64,000 nucleotides of DNA, taken from contig NW_025766968.1 in NCBI RefSeq assembly GCF_003918875.1, positions 5,270,001 to 5,334,000 on the forward strand, read 5' to 3'. The notes beneath the pieces were generated by a model, which was given only the letters and a program-made list of their open reading frames with translations, ran no database searches and had not been told where the DNA came from. Below are positions 48,156-60,250 of this stretch, piece by piece. The position numbers and the translations under genes are program-made. Position 1 is the first letter of the stretch; each line of letters opens with the position of its first letter. The DNA is from Haliotis rubra. Taxonomy: Eukaryota.

Positions 48156-50879
48156 ATGGATCTGCCAATGCCAGATAACAATGAGAATGTGCTGGTGGTC
48201 ACCGAGGACTTCCAGTACTACATTCCCAACTTGAATCAGGCGCAGGTGCGGCAAGTCCAGCACACCCCAGTCTCTCATCATAACACTATGAACATGGGAG
48301 GTCACATCCCCATGCCTCAAGCCAGCCAGGCCCAGCATCTAGCCCCTCCAAACATCCATGCTCCTCCCCCCATGGGAAACATTGGGGGCATGAGGCCAGT
48401 ACACATGGTTCCCACGGGGATGGACATGGGGGACGGGCTACAGATGCTGGGTAACATCTGCATGCAGACACAGCAGGAGAGTATGGGAGTGCCACGGACT
48501 ATGGGAATTCCACGGACAGCTATGCAACCCACACTTCCAGGGCAGAGTTGCAGCTATGCCCAAATGTCCATGAACGGAGGGTCAATGCAGCAACATCCTG
48601 GGAATACCATGGTGACTCAAGCAAAGGATCATGGGTATTCCAGAAATATGATGCAGCCCCAAAGAGAGAATGTGAACTATCAATCATCTGAGGCTTACAA
48701 AGCTGCGCTGATGATAATGACACCCGATAACATGCAGGACAGCATGACAACATACCAGACAGTTCAACTTAGTAATGTTAATCTCAATATCAATGCAAGC
48801 AATACCAACATTCTACCACAAGTGAACAATCCAGTGAACTCTTTTAGTGCCACTATTAACACTCTCAACTCTGTGAATACATTGAACACCCTTCCTCAGC
48901 CTGCGGTTGTCACCCAGACCATCGACAACTGTCAACTGACGGAACTCAGGGCTCAGTTTCATTCCGACTACAACACGGACCCATTCCAGAAAGAAGTGGA
49001 GGAAGATAAATCTCAGAAGAAGAAGAAAAAGATGACAGTTCTACGAACAGGAAAGGAAGATGATGGGCAGGTAAACCAAGTGATGTTGGACAACGTAACT
49101 CTTCAGATGCCGAAGATACGAAAGAAAGGTAGTGGCAGAAAACCAAAGGTCAAGGCTTGTCACTTCTGTGCAAAGGAGCTTGTAGAACCAGATAAGTCGG
49201 TGTTGTTTAAGATTGGAGAGGATGGTAAGAGTGTGTTCTTTGATACTTGTAATGCTTGTTTAGCTCGGGAGAACTCACAGATTGCTGCAGGGAGGGGTGA
49301 AGTTCAACCAGAGCCATTACCACCAGTTCCAGTCCCTGAAATCCCAGCTCCTCCTATAGTTATACCTAAGGTTAAAACTCCAGAAGACATATGTCAGGTA
49401 TGCATGAAACATGTGGAGAAAATAATGTCTGTAATCGCAAAAATTGAAGATGGAAAAGTAACCTACTTAAATGCTTGTAAGGAATGCTCCTTCAAGCCAA
49501 AGCCCGTTGAAGAAAAGAAGAAAAAGAAATTGAAGGACAAGAAGAAGAAGAAGTTAAAGAAACTGAAGAAGTTGAATGAGGGAGAAGATGTTGCAGCAAA
49601 AGTAGATGAGCCTGTTGTTGAAGGTGGAGACATTGTTGATGCCACACCAGAGGAACCAAAGTCAGAAGAACCAAAAGTGGTGAAGACAATCGGAACTCAA
49701 GTAGACGAAAATCCCTATAAATGGAAGTGTAGTACTTGTAAGAAGCTGTTTGGTTCTAAAAATGAACTGCAGAAACATCGTCGTCAGAATCATCGCTACT
49801 ATCGTCTCTTTCAGTGTGATCAGTGTGAGAGTAAAATCAAGATCTACAGCTCAACGGAGATGGTTGATTGTTTCAACTGTGGTAAACACTTTGACCAAAC
49901 AAACTATAGTCCATATACATTATCGAAACAGTTCTATGTTAAAAGAACTACTCAGGACCTTAAGTGCCCGATCTGTGAGAAGCAGTTTTCTTCGCGACGT
50001 GGTGTGTTGGAGCATCAGAAGATCCACACAAACATTAAGCCCCACCTGTGTAATGTCTGTGGGAAAACATTCCGGACCCTACCACCACTGCGGATCCACA
50101 TGAGGGTCCACACTGGGGAAAAACCGTACCAGTGTGAAATGTGTGGCAAGTGTTTCCGACAAAGTTCAGCTCTCAACATGCATGTGCGTCATCACACTGG
50201 AGAAACTCCTTATTCTTGTGAAGTCTGTGACAAAAAGTTTGCACGTAGAAGCCAATACACCAAGCATATGGAGAGTCATACTGAGAAAACATTTGTGTGC
50301 ACAGTGTGTAGTAAGAAGTTCCCAACAGAAGTCCGTCTGAAGCGACATCACCGTAAGCATACGGACGAGAATCCATACAGATGCACTGTCTGCGGTATGA
50401 ACTATGAAGAAAACAGTGCCTACCGCAGACACATGCAGAAGCATGACGTCATGAACCCCTACCGCTGCACCTTGTGTGGCAAGCAGTTCGGAGGACGGAG
50501 AGGATTGATGGAACATGCCGTGGGTCACCAGGAGGGTAATGAGTTCAAGTGCGGTATCTGTGGGGAGGAGTACACCAACAAGGAGGACCTGGACACTCAC
50601 ATCCAATCCCACTTCATTGAAAAACCCTACAAATGTCAGCACTGTGATCTGTCCTTCTCCACCAAGAGCCTGTTGGAGCACCACACCAACTTCCACTCAA
50701 CCAGGGAGTTCTTTGACTGTAAGAAGTGTGGGAAAAAGTTCACGAAGCGGGTGACATTGGACATGCACATGAGGCGCCATGATGGTGCGAAGCCGTTCAA
50801 GTGTTTCATCTGTGGTGAGGAATACCTATGGAGCACCACCTTAGATTCTCACATGAAGACACATTATGTAAATGTTTAG
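48156..50879 (+). CDS. C2H2 zinc-finger protein, 907 aa, single coding exon (about 12 C2H2 fingers)
   Basis: Long ORF with a Q/M/P-rich N-terminus, Lys-rich NLS-like tracts and 11 tandem C-terminal C2H2 fingers with TGEKPY-type linkers, plus one isolated finger. Splice acceptor tttcag at about 48116. Confidence 0.93.
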   Translation: MDLPMPDNNENVLVVTEDFQYYIPNLNQAQVRQVQHTPVSHHNTMNMGGHIPMPQASQAQHLAPPNIHAPPPMGNIGGMRPVHMVPTGMDMGDGLQMLGNICMQTQQESMGVPRTMGIPRTAMQPTLPGQSCSYAQMSMNGGSMQQHPGNTMVTQAKDHGYSRNMMQPQRENVNYQSSEAYKAALMIMTPDNMQDSMTTYQTVQLSNVNLNINASNTNILPQVNNPVNSFSATINTLNSVNTLNTLPQPAVVTQTIDNCQLTELRAQFHSDYNTDPFQKEVEEDKSQKKKKKMTVLRTGKEDDGQVNQVMLDNVTLQMPKIRKKGSGRKPKVKACHFCAKELVEPDKSVLFKIGEDGKSVFFDTCNACLARENSQIAAGRGEVQPEPLPPVPVPEIPAPPIVIPKVKTPEDICQVCMKHVEKIMSVIAKIEDGKVTYLNACKECSFKPKPVEEKKKKKLKDKKKKKLKKLKKLNEGEDVAAKVDEPVVEGGDIVDATPEEPKSEEPKVVKTIGTQVDENPYKWKCSTCKKLFGSKNELQKHRRQNHRYYRLFQCDQCESKIKIYSSTEMVDCFNCGKHFDQTNYSPYTLSKQFYVKRTTQDLKCPICEKQFSSRRGVLEHQKIHTNIKPHLCNVCGKTFRTLPPLRIHMRVHTGEKPYQCEMCGKCFRQSSALNMHVRHHTGETPYSCEVCDKKFARRSQYTKHMESHTEKTFVCTVCSKKFPTEVRLKRHHRKHTDENPYRCTVCGMNYEENSAYRRHMQKHDVMNPYRCTLCGKQFGGRRGLMEHAVGHQEGNEFKCGICGEEYTNKEDLDTHIQSHFIEKPYKCQHCDLSFSTKSLLEHHTNFHSTREFFDCKKCGKKFTKRVTLDMHMRRHDGAKPFKCFICGEEYLWSTTLDSHMKTHYVNV

Positions 50880-51094
50880 ATATTTGACAGGATGACTTTG
50901 TATGTCACATGTTAAATGATAGATACGTTGTTGCTCCATTGTTTTGCTTGGACCGAGTTTTACAGTCTAATTACTAAAGTTATGGTTTTATGTTTTCTTG
51001 AGTCAAAAATTATATGAAAGGAAGACACTGTTTTGTTACCTTCTAGTAACTCTCTCCGATGACATGTCCCAAAAGAACAATTAGTCATTACTGA

Positions 51095-51510
51095 TAATGA
51101 TAGACACCACAAACATGATAAAGATGACACCACAAACATGATAAAGAAAAGATAGACACCACAAACATGATAAAGATAGATGCCACAAACATAAAGTTGG
51201 ACACCATGAACACGATAAAGATGGACACCACAAACACGATAAAGATGGTCACCACAAACGTCAAAGTTGGACACCACAAACATGATAAAGGTGACACCAT
51301 GATAAAGATAACACCACAAACATGATAAAGATAGACACCACAATCATGATAAAGATGGACACCACAAACATGATAAAGATAGACACCACAAACATGATAA
51401 AGATGGCACCATGATAAAGATGAACTCCACAAACACTATTAAGATGGACACCACAAACATGATAAAGATGACACTATGATAAAGATGAACACACCAAGCA
51501 TGATGAAGAT
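51095..51510. repeat. About 24-bp degenerate minisatellite downstream of the ZNF stop codon
   Basis: Unit gacaccacaaacatgataaagat(a/g). Confidence 0.9.
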
Positions 51511-52534
51511 GATGAGACATGTTCACATTTATGAAAACCCTCATAAGTTCAATCTGTAAACAAGAAAGAAGGATAAGAGCTCTGTGCACCTGTATAGCCT
51601 GTATCCTGTGAACCTGTATAGCCATACTCATCACAGGTAGGGAATTCAGCAGACAGAGCAGCTTTATAAGCCGCATGTTGTTAATTTACTGTAGCTGTAC
51701 ACAGTCACATCACTAGGTGTTTGATGTTGGAGATAAGGTAGGGCATGTTCTGTATTTTATACATAATCCATCAACTTTCCCTTTGTGGGGTACAGGTTTG
51801 GCAGAAGATGCTGACTTATGTCAAATCTGCTATCACAAACTATTTTGTAATGTGTCTGGTTAAGTATAGGCTGGTGTTGTCAGGAGATTTTAAATTAAGT
51901 GAAAAATAAATGTTGCAAAAAGAACGTAAGAAGCGTAAGAAACAGCTCACCTTTGCAGGCCTGCCATTTTAGCCCAGGTATTGTGTACATATGTATATCT
52001 AGTTACTAGGTGTAACACTATGTGGGTAGAATATTGAAATTCACAATGGGTGTGAAGTGATTGATTTGGATATTAGTTGTGACAAGGTAAGTTGTCAAAG
52101 ATTCTGAATTTTTAGAAAGAGAAACCATTCTTTGAAACTGAAACAAGATTAATAGCTCCATGCAGAGATGCTCAAACATTTATTCAGAGAAGGTTGTTTG
52201 AAGAATACTTTGGTAATGAGATCTATAGTTTATGCATCACAAATATTATTTTTGAAATGAGAAAAGTGTCAGGAAATGATGTGTTGATATACATTCTCAA
52301 TAAGATCATATTTTTTTCTCTAATACTCTAACGCCGTGCATGAAGATCTGAGCCCATGTCTTGGTAGTTTGTATCAGGGGAACTTCGTCAGAAGCAATCA
52401 GTGTGGAGACTGTTTAACTCTCACTACAAATGATTAAAGCATTTAAACAAGCAAATGTAATTGCTGTATAAAAAAACCCACTAAAATGAAAAGTTCCCAA
52501 AGTAGACAGTTCAGTGAATATTTTAACATTGTCT

Positions 52535-52701
52535 TGGAGCGGTGGAGTAGCCTAGTGATTAAGGCATTAGCTTGTCACACTGAAGACCCAGGTTCAGTTC
52601 CCCACATGGGTACAGTGTGTGGATCCCATTTCTGGTGTTCCCCACCTTGATATTGCTGAAATATTGGTAAAAGCGGTGCAAAACTAAACTCACTCACTCA
52701 C
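52535..52701 (+). mobile_element. SINE family A copy
   Basis: Consensus match. Confidence 0.82.
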
Positions 52702-53817
52702 TTTCTGAGTCCCATGGCATGTACACCCAAAACAGACTACCTGAGGAGTGTTTTTGTTTGGTGTGGAGTTTCATTTGCATAGTTTGCAATTTCAGAATCC
52801 AGGTTGATAATAAATAAAGTCATATTATTAACAGCTGATTGCTGAATGGCTCAAGAGCTTTTTGAGGTTGGATGGTCAGAGTGCTCTCACTGTTCACCTT
52901 CTGGTTTCTTCTATGGAGGGGTCCTCAGATCATAGCACAGAACTGTCTTGTATTGGAGTGAAAGATATGATTTTATGGGATTGCATTGATTAACAGCTTC
53001 CGAAGGATAGGGGTGAAACGCTCTTACCACAATAAGGTACGTATTGCGGTACAAGACCTTTGGTTCGGTATATGAGAACTTACTTCCGGGAAAATAGCAG
53101 CCATCCAGCAAAGAAATGCATAAAATGATACAATTTCTAGACATTTTAGAAAAGGTTTAAAAAGGTTAATATAATGATGGTACAAAACCCCAAAATACGG
53201 AATTTTTTTATTGCATTACGGTATACCGAACCGGAGGCAAAATAGCGCGGTTCTACTAATGCCGGGGTATACTGTGCATCCCTACCGAAGGAACTATGTT
53301 GAACAGTTTGGTTTGAAGTGGTTGTTAGAAAATCCTGTAAATCTCAATAATATATACATGGTATAGCATGACAATCGTTAGTTCAGGGAATCAGTGACCT
53401 GTACAGTTGATTCCAGGGTTATACATTTTCTGTCTAGATGGTAGATAGTGACAGATTATATATACTGTACATGCATAATTGTTGTTAGTAGTAACTGAAG
53501 GTAACGGTATCACAGGTAGGGCTGTAAAGATATAGGGATGGTGATTCGGGGCAATATTACATTTATGATGTCACAGATAGTTTATTATTACCATATGTGA
53601 GGTATACAGTATACTTTAGAACATCCCCTATGGACGTTAATAGTTTTTGTGTTAAACAAATAGATTTCTTGAATAGGTGTTTAAGTGTAAGAGGTCTGAA
53701 ATACCTAGGTGATGGGCATCTATTCAAGGATTTATGGTAGCTGGCCCAGCATCCACTTGTGCTTCAGCAAAATGGGATTTTATATATTATATATTTGGGA
53801 TGATCTATTATATGATT

Positions 53818-54037
53818 CAGTGAGTTTAGTTTTATGCCGCATTCAGCAATATTCCAGCTATATGGTGGCGTCTGTAAATAAACAAGTCTGGACCAGACAA
53901 TCCACTGATCAACAGCATGGGTATCGATCTACCCATTTGGGACGTGTCAACCAAGTCAGCGAGCCTGACCACCCAATAGCCTCTTACAACAAGCTTGGGT
54001 TCCTGAAGATCAATTCCAACCCGGATCTTCACGGGTC
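53818..54037 (-). mobile_element. SINE family B copy
   Basis: Ends ...ccggatcttcacgggtc. Confidence 0.8.
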
Positions 54038-55175
54038 ATATGTATTATATCAAACTTTGTGCTCAGTCTTCACAACAAAAAGCATCCTCAAAAATGTTAA
54101 TGATGCCTTATTTTTGGGGTTCAGTATGTAACAGAAACTCTGTTTGAAAAGAATACATGCTGAAGGCAATTTAAATAAACTCACTTATCTGTGGTACTGC
54201 TTTTATCAAATTGCCTTGTTTGAATCAGGTCATTATTTTGAGATCCAATACCCTTACCATTGTTACAGTTGCTTTTTACAGAGTGGAAAATGTGTAACCA
54301 TGAATATTCAGTAATGATTTGTGATTTTATTTTGTGAATAAAATGCAATAAAGTGATAATACCACTGTTTCCAAGTGTAATAACCTATCAAAAATAAGAC
54401 ACAATGCAATACAAGAATGACATTTTACTATTAAACTGCTGTCTCCTAGATTTATCCACTGTTATGCCAAACATGGGCAGGGTTTTATTGCATATATATA
54501 CTACTCAACAAATTTCAAGAGCACCTGATTGGTTAATCTTACTGTAGTTAATCAGACATGCTCTGACAGATTAACATAGTAATAGGAAAGAAATGGGTGT
54601 ACGTTAAATATTTGTGTGTGTTATATTTCACATGGAACATAGTAACCAATTAGTGAATATGCAATAAACATCCCAGTGTAAAAAGGAATTACCATATCAT
54701 TCAGGGTACATGTAATTGAGTATTCATGGGGCAATATCACACTATTCCATAATTATTTTGTATGCTAGTTTGAATGCATGAAGTATGACATACGTTTTTG
54801 AAATTTAGATCTTACAATTATTTTGTGTGCCATGAATCTTATGTATATTCTTCTTTCCATAAACATGAATTAATAAATTTCCATAATAGATGAAACATGT
54901 TTTGTGTTTGTGTGTTCTTGCAAATCATGTAAAGCAGAAGGCAAAAGAAAGTACAAGGACACAGTAAATCTATTCTATATTCATTAGAAATAATAAACTT
55001 TGTGAAAACTTTTGATTTTTAGAATGTGGGAATGATCAATGTAAAGAGACACATTGGCTGTTAAAGGGGAGGGGGAGGGGTCCTACAGGAAAGTTTCTGG
55101 TAATTATTACTTCTGTGTGAGTCAACCTCGTGCTGGTTTGCAGCCAGTTCTGCAACTCCACAAGGAGTCCACTAC

Positions 55176-55728
55176 TATAGTCTGTTTGCCTCAAAAGCGA
55201 CCGATGAATTGCAATCTAACTCGAAAACTAATAACCATATAATACTCAATGAAACACTGATCATAATGAAAACACCAGACCAACTCTGTGATTTTTTTGC
55301 AGAATTTATGCCTTAAAAATAAAAGAGTTGTTGAACAAACTATCATTAAAATTTTGACACAGTTCACTATTTGTTACGAGGGAGGAGTGCAAAGAGAGGA
55401 ACAGCCAGGTGTACGAGAAGCACGTGCACAAGTGCCGACAAAGTTATAGATTCATCAACCTGTGCTGTGCCGTCTTCATTGTTTCTCGCACACCTGGCTG
55501 TCCCTTTCTTTGCACTCCTCCCTCGTAACAAACAGTGAACTGTGTCAATATGTTGATGATAGTTTGTTAAACAACTTTTTTATTTTTAAGGCATAAGTTC
55601 TGCAAAAAAAATCACAGAGTTGGTCTGATGTGTTGATTATGATCAGTGTTTCATTGAGTATTATATGTTTATTAGTTTTCGAGTTAGATTGCAATTCATT
55701 GGTCCGCTGTTGAGGCAAACGGACTATA
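55176..55728. mobile_element. Foldback element with about 240-bp inverted arms
   Basis: tatagtctgtttgcctcaa...ttgaggcaaacggactata. The arms are near-complementary throughout. Confidence 0.85.
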
Positions 55729-56065
55729 AGAGTCTCCATGTTCTGGTGCAACCTGGCAGCGTGGATTGGGGGTTCATCCAGGGCATGGTTGGGAGAATGG
55801 TGGCCTTGACAACACAGCACACCGCCCATATTGGGTGTCCGCCTGGGAAAGCCACATTTGAAAAATACCAATTGCCCCTAAAGCCACTTTTCAAGTACAA
55901 ATTTCGGTACCGCGAATCGCCGCAAAAGCCACATTGAGTTCGTGAATCAATACCGTTTTTTTTTCAATAAGCATCACTCATTGATCACAATGGATTAAAC
56001 TTGTTCAGTGACTTGTCCTTTGTTTAGATGGGAGGCTTCTTTATTCTCGTTGAAGTTTATAGTTA

Positions 56066-58040
56066 ACATACATACATACAAATACTTGTATAACGCTAAT
56101 ATCCGTGAACCGCCCAAAGGCGCTTTGGCTCAAAGATGGCATTGATATCACATAGAGATCAAATGCTTCAGTGAAGAGACAAGTCTTTAGATTTGATTTA
56201 AGAACAGCTAAGATGGGAGATTGTTCCAGAGATGATGGCCAGCCACCTCGAGTGACCTGTCACCATATGTTTTTGTCCTAGTCACAGGAATTGTCAAAAG
56301 ACACTGGTCATTTGATCGGAGGGAACGTGCAGGCGTATATAACGGTGGAACAGATCACAGATATACTGAGGAGCAAGACCAAGGATACTTTTGAAAACAA
56401 GGAGAAGAGTTTTATGTTTTTGCGGTAATGGACGGGAAGCCAATGAAGTGAGTGAAGAATGTGAGTAATATGGTCCGGTTTCTTTGACTGAGAGATCACT
56501 CTGGCCGCAGTATTCTGTACCTTCTGAAGCTTGTGTATAAGATGATTTGGGAGACTCACAAGAAGAGCATTACAGTAGTCGAGACGAGATGTTACATATG
56601 CCTGAATAAGAGATACTGTAGTCTTGACGTCCAGGTATCGTCGAATCATGCCGATGTTGCGGATGTGGCAGTACGCCCTTCTACAGATGTTATTGATGTG
56701 GTAGTACGCCCTTCTACAGATGTTATTGATGTGGTAGTACGCCCTTCTACAGATGTTATTGATGTGGTAGTACGCCCTTCTAAAGATGTTATTGATGTGG
56801 CACTACGCCCTTCTACAGATGTTATTGATGTGGTAGTACGCCCTTCTACAGATGTTATTGATGTGACAGTACGCCCTTCTACAGATGTTATTGGTGTGTG
56901 GTTCCATGGACAGTGGGGTATCAAAAATATCTCCTAAGTTACGCACCTCAGGCTTTGGCTGAATCTCACGCTGACCGATTCTGAATTTTTGAAGAGAGAT
57001 ACTGGTTTGGAGACGCTTAGGGTGGAAAACTATAACTTCTGTTTTATCATCATTCAGTTTGAGATAGTGTGACGACATCCAGTTTTTGATGCAGCTGACA
57101 CACTCTTCAATGGTGAGAATTTATGACACGGCTGATGAAGAAAGTATGGGTTTGAAAGATATGTAAATCTGATTGTCGTCAGCATATAAATGCAGTTCAA
57201 GGTTGAAGGATCTGACGATATCACGTAGAGGAGATGTGTCAATGGTGAAAAGTAGAGGTCCAAGAACCGATCCTTGAGGCACGCCGAAAGCAAGATTCTT
57301 AGGACTGGAGATGTGACCATCAATGATCACCGACTGATGTCTACCTGATATGTAGGACTCAAACCACTGAAGAGCAGTGCCTCTAATACCCATCCTGGCC
57401 TCAAGTGTGGACATCAGAATAGAATGGTCAATAGTATCGAAGGCACTACTCAGATCAATTAGAACCAATACTGCAGCACCATCTTTGTCAACAGCTCTCA
57501 GGATGTCACTGTGTGATTTAACGAGTGCGGTTTCCGTGGAGTGGAAATTCCGGTATGCTGATTGCATAACTTCGAAACACCCATTTAAGGTCACGTGTTC
57601 CTTGAATCCTGCTGTGACCACACGTTCAATCAACTTTGCGGTGAATGGTAAATTTGTGACAGGCCGATAATTTTATAAGAGTTCTTGATCTAAACTTTTC
57701 TTCTTTAGTGTGGAGTTACAACTCCATGTTTCAATGTATCCAGCATCACACCCTCCTGAAGAGATTTATTGACAACAGAGGTCAATATAGGGGCAAAGGT
57801 ATCCAGCGAGTTTTTGAGAAGCCATGTACGTATAGGGTCAAGAATACAAGACTTTGTCGGTGACTGAGAAACAGGTTTCACAATCTCTGCTTCTGTTGTT
57901 GGTCGGAAATGGGATAGGCATGGAAATGCAGCTGCTGGTTGGGGGTCACTGTGTGGAACGTCATCATGTGATAGTGATTCTCTGATTGTGGAAATCTTCT
58001 GAGAAAAGAAGTCTGAGAACTTGTCAACTAATTGATCAAG
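56066..58040 (-). mobile_element. 5'-truncated L2/CR1-clade LINE (decayed RT) with (TATG)n tail
   Basis: QSAYRNFHSTETAL, DLSSAFDTIDH, GVPQGSVLGPLLF, YADDNQIY, LKLNDDKTEVI, SRLDYCNALL...LHWLPV. Confidence 0.92.
56660..56895. repeat. 33-bp tandem repeat (about 7 copies) inside the LINE RT
   Basis: Unit gatgttattgatgtggtagtacgcccttctaca. Confidence 0.9.
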
Positions 58041-59754
58041 TATGAGATGGAAGAGACAAGAAATTATCCTTAAACAGAAGCCTGTTAGCTATATGATAAG
58101 ATATGTTTTGAGATAAAATGATACATGCTAATGGATCATTATATAGTAAAGGGCAGTTTCAACTTGTGCTCTTTTATTATATTTTTTATGTCTTCATGTA
58201 AACTAGTTTGGTTTGGATGATTGCATCAGCAGAGAAGTTTGGACAAGAGTGTTCCTTCAAATGTATTGTGACGTTTCCATTTTAAATCAAATTGTCATGG
58301 CAAATATACTGATTTTGGAAAATCTAGTGATAAATTCTGCTTAAAAACAGCTATGAAATGGAAAGAGTTAGGCGTCACATATGTGACTGTTTATAAGTAT
58401 ATGGTGCAATAAATGGTCATGTTTTTAGGTTTTAGCATGAATGTAAACAAAATAACTGAGGCAACAATAGCTGTTATCTCAAACAGTTATCAGAAAAAGA
58501 TAAAACATTGAATTGACCCTCCCATAAGTTAAAATGCTTCAAAGAAATAATTGGTTGTATCATATTTAATATTGAATGTTGCTGTTTAAAGATAAGCTAA
58601 GATCTTAAGGTTTGTTTTGCGCCTCAGGAAATACGGAATTTACAAGGGTCTTACAGTCATGTACATCCTTTCAAAACACCGTGTAACTAAGAGTATCCAT
58701 CACCTGGTGTAACAAAACACTGTTCAAAACGACATCCCAGCTTACAATTTCAGGTTGTCACAACGTTATATCTACGCTGTCATATCACGTCCGTACAACC
58801 AGCCTTCGAAATTAACGTCGGTCCTTAAAGCCCCAAGCCGACTGGAAACCACTCGGACCCACAGCTTTTTTCTGCAGGTCGACAGTTTTTTCATCCCCAA
58901 TAACTAAGAGTATTATTTTTCAGGAAATATTCAGTAATTTCTAGTTTTTAACCCGATCAGCAGCTGTTGTCTGTAAGTGAAACTACAGGGGCCTGTAATG
59001 ATAAAAACTGCCATCAAGGTATATACCGTCACTGACGGGGTCTTAGTACTATATTAAAGGAACAGTGACAGTACATACCTTGATGGCAGTTTTTAGCGTT
59101 ATGTACAAGCCCCTGTGAGTGAAACGACTGTCATTTTCGAGGAAGCAGTTTAGATTACAGACTTTTCAGGAGATTTGGATATTGACATGGGTGTTGATTC
59201 TGTTGTAAAATGAAGACTAGCCAGGCACTAGAGTTAAATTAAACTTTTTAACTCAGTTTGTTAGTTGTCACATTTTTTGTTTGATGGGAATTACTTATAT
59301 TGTAGCTACACGTTCTGATCAGGACACACAACTTTTTATGGTTCTAGGTCCTTAGGCCCTGCAGCTTTTCAGGATAAGGGCAAACACTGCATGCGTACAA
59401 CGTTATTCTGTAGACTCCCATTTATGCAGTCACAACTTATATTAGTATCATGACGTTTCCAGTGTACAGCCCTCCGACAACGTTGAGAAAATGTGTGTTA
59501 GCTGGGATGAGCAATGGTAGGGAAGTTATATGTGACACGAAAAAGCGGCATGGGCAAACCCATTTCACTAATAATCTCTTTCTTGCCAATTATACAAACA
59601 GTCGAATGTATTACGAAGAATATCCTCTTTAAACCGTGTTCAGAGATATACAGGATGAACTTGACAGGCGGCAAGAATGCTGTGTTTAATTCGTCATTGG
59701 TATTGTGGTCCATCTGTAATCATTGCATCAACACCAGACTTAATTGTTCATTAC

Positions 59755-59925
59755 GGTGGAGGTGGGATAGCCCAATGGAAAAAGCATCCGCTCGTCACGT
59801 TGAAGACCCGGGTTCGATTCCTCACATGGGTACAATATGTGTGAAGCCCATTTCTGGTGTTCCCCGTCGTGATATTGCTGGAATATATTGCTATAAGCGA
59901 CGCAAAACCATACTCACTCACTCAC
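59755..59925 (+). mobile_element. SINE family A copy
   Basis: Consensus match. Confidence 0.82.
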
Positions 59926-60250
59926 AAGTTCATTACGTCAACGATACTGTGAAATCCATTGTCACTGATCATTAATAATACATGTGATAACTCGCTTATC
60001 ACATTCCAGCATTTATTGACAGATCACTCAGGAGTGATATTTCCATACGGAAAATGAACGCAAGACCCTCGTTTATCCATTTAACGTACAGTGACCCAAC
60101 AGTCTGGATAAGACGAATGGACTGACGAATGCGGATGTCTTATTGAATAGGCTAACCTCAAAATTTGACAGGATCTCAGAACACACACGTTGAAAGGGTT
60201 GTTTTGAAGTGCATCGTCATTTGAATGCCTCAAATTACCATTAACGCATC

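Noticed and set aside
50166-51676. Minus-strand ORFs over the ZNF gene and its downstream repeat
   Set aside because: Antisense shadows and minisatellite translations.
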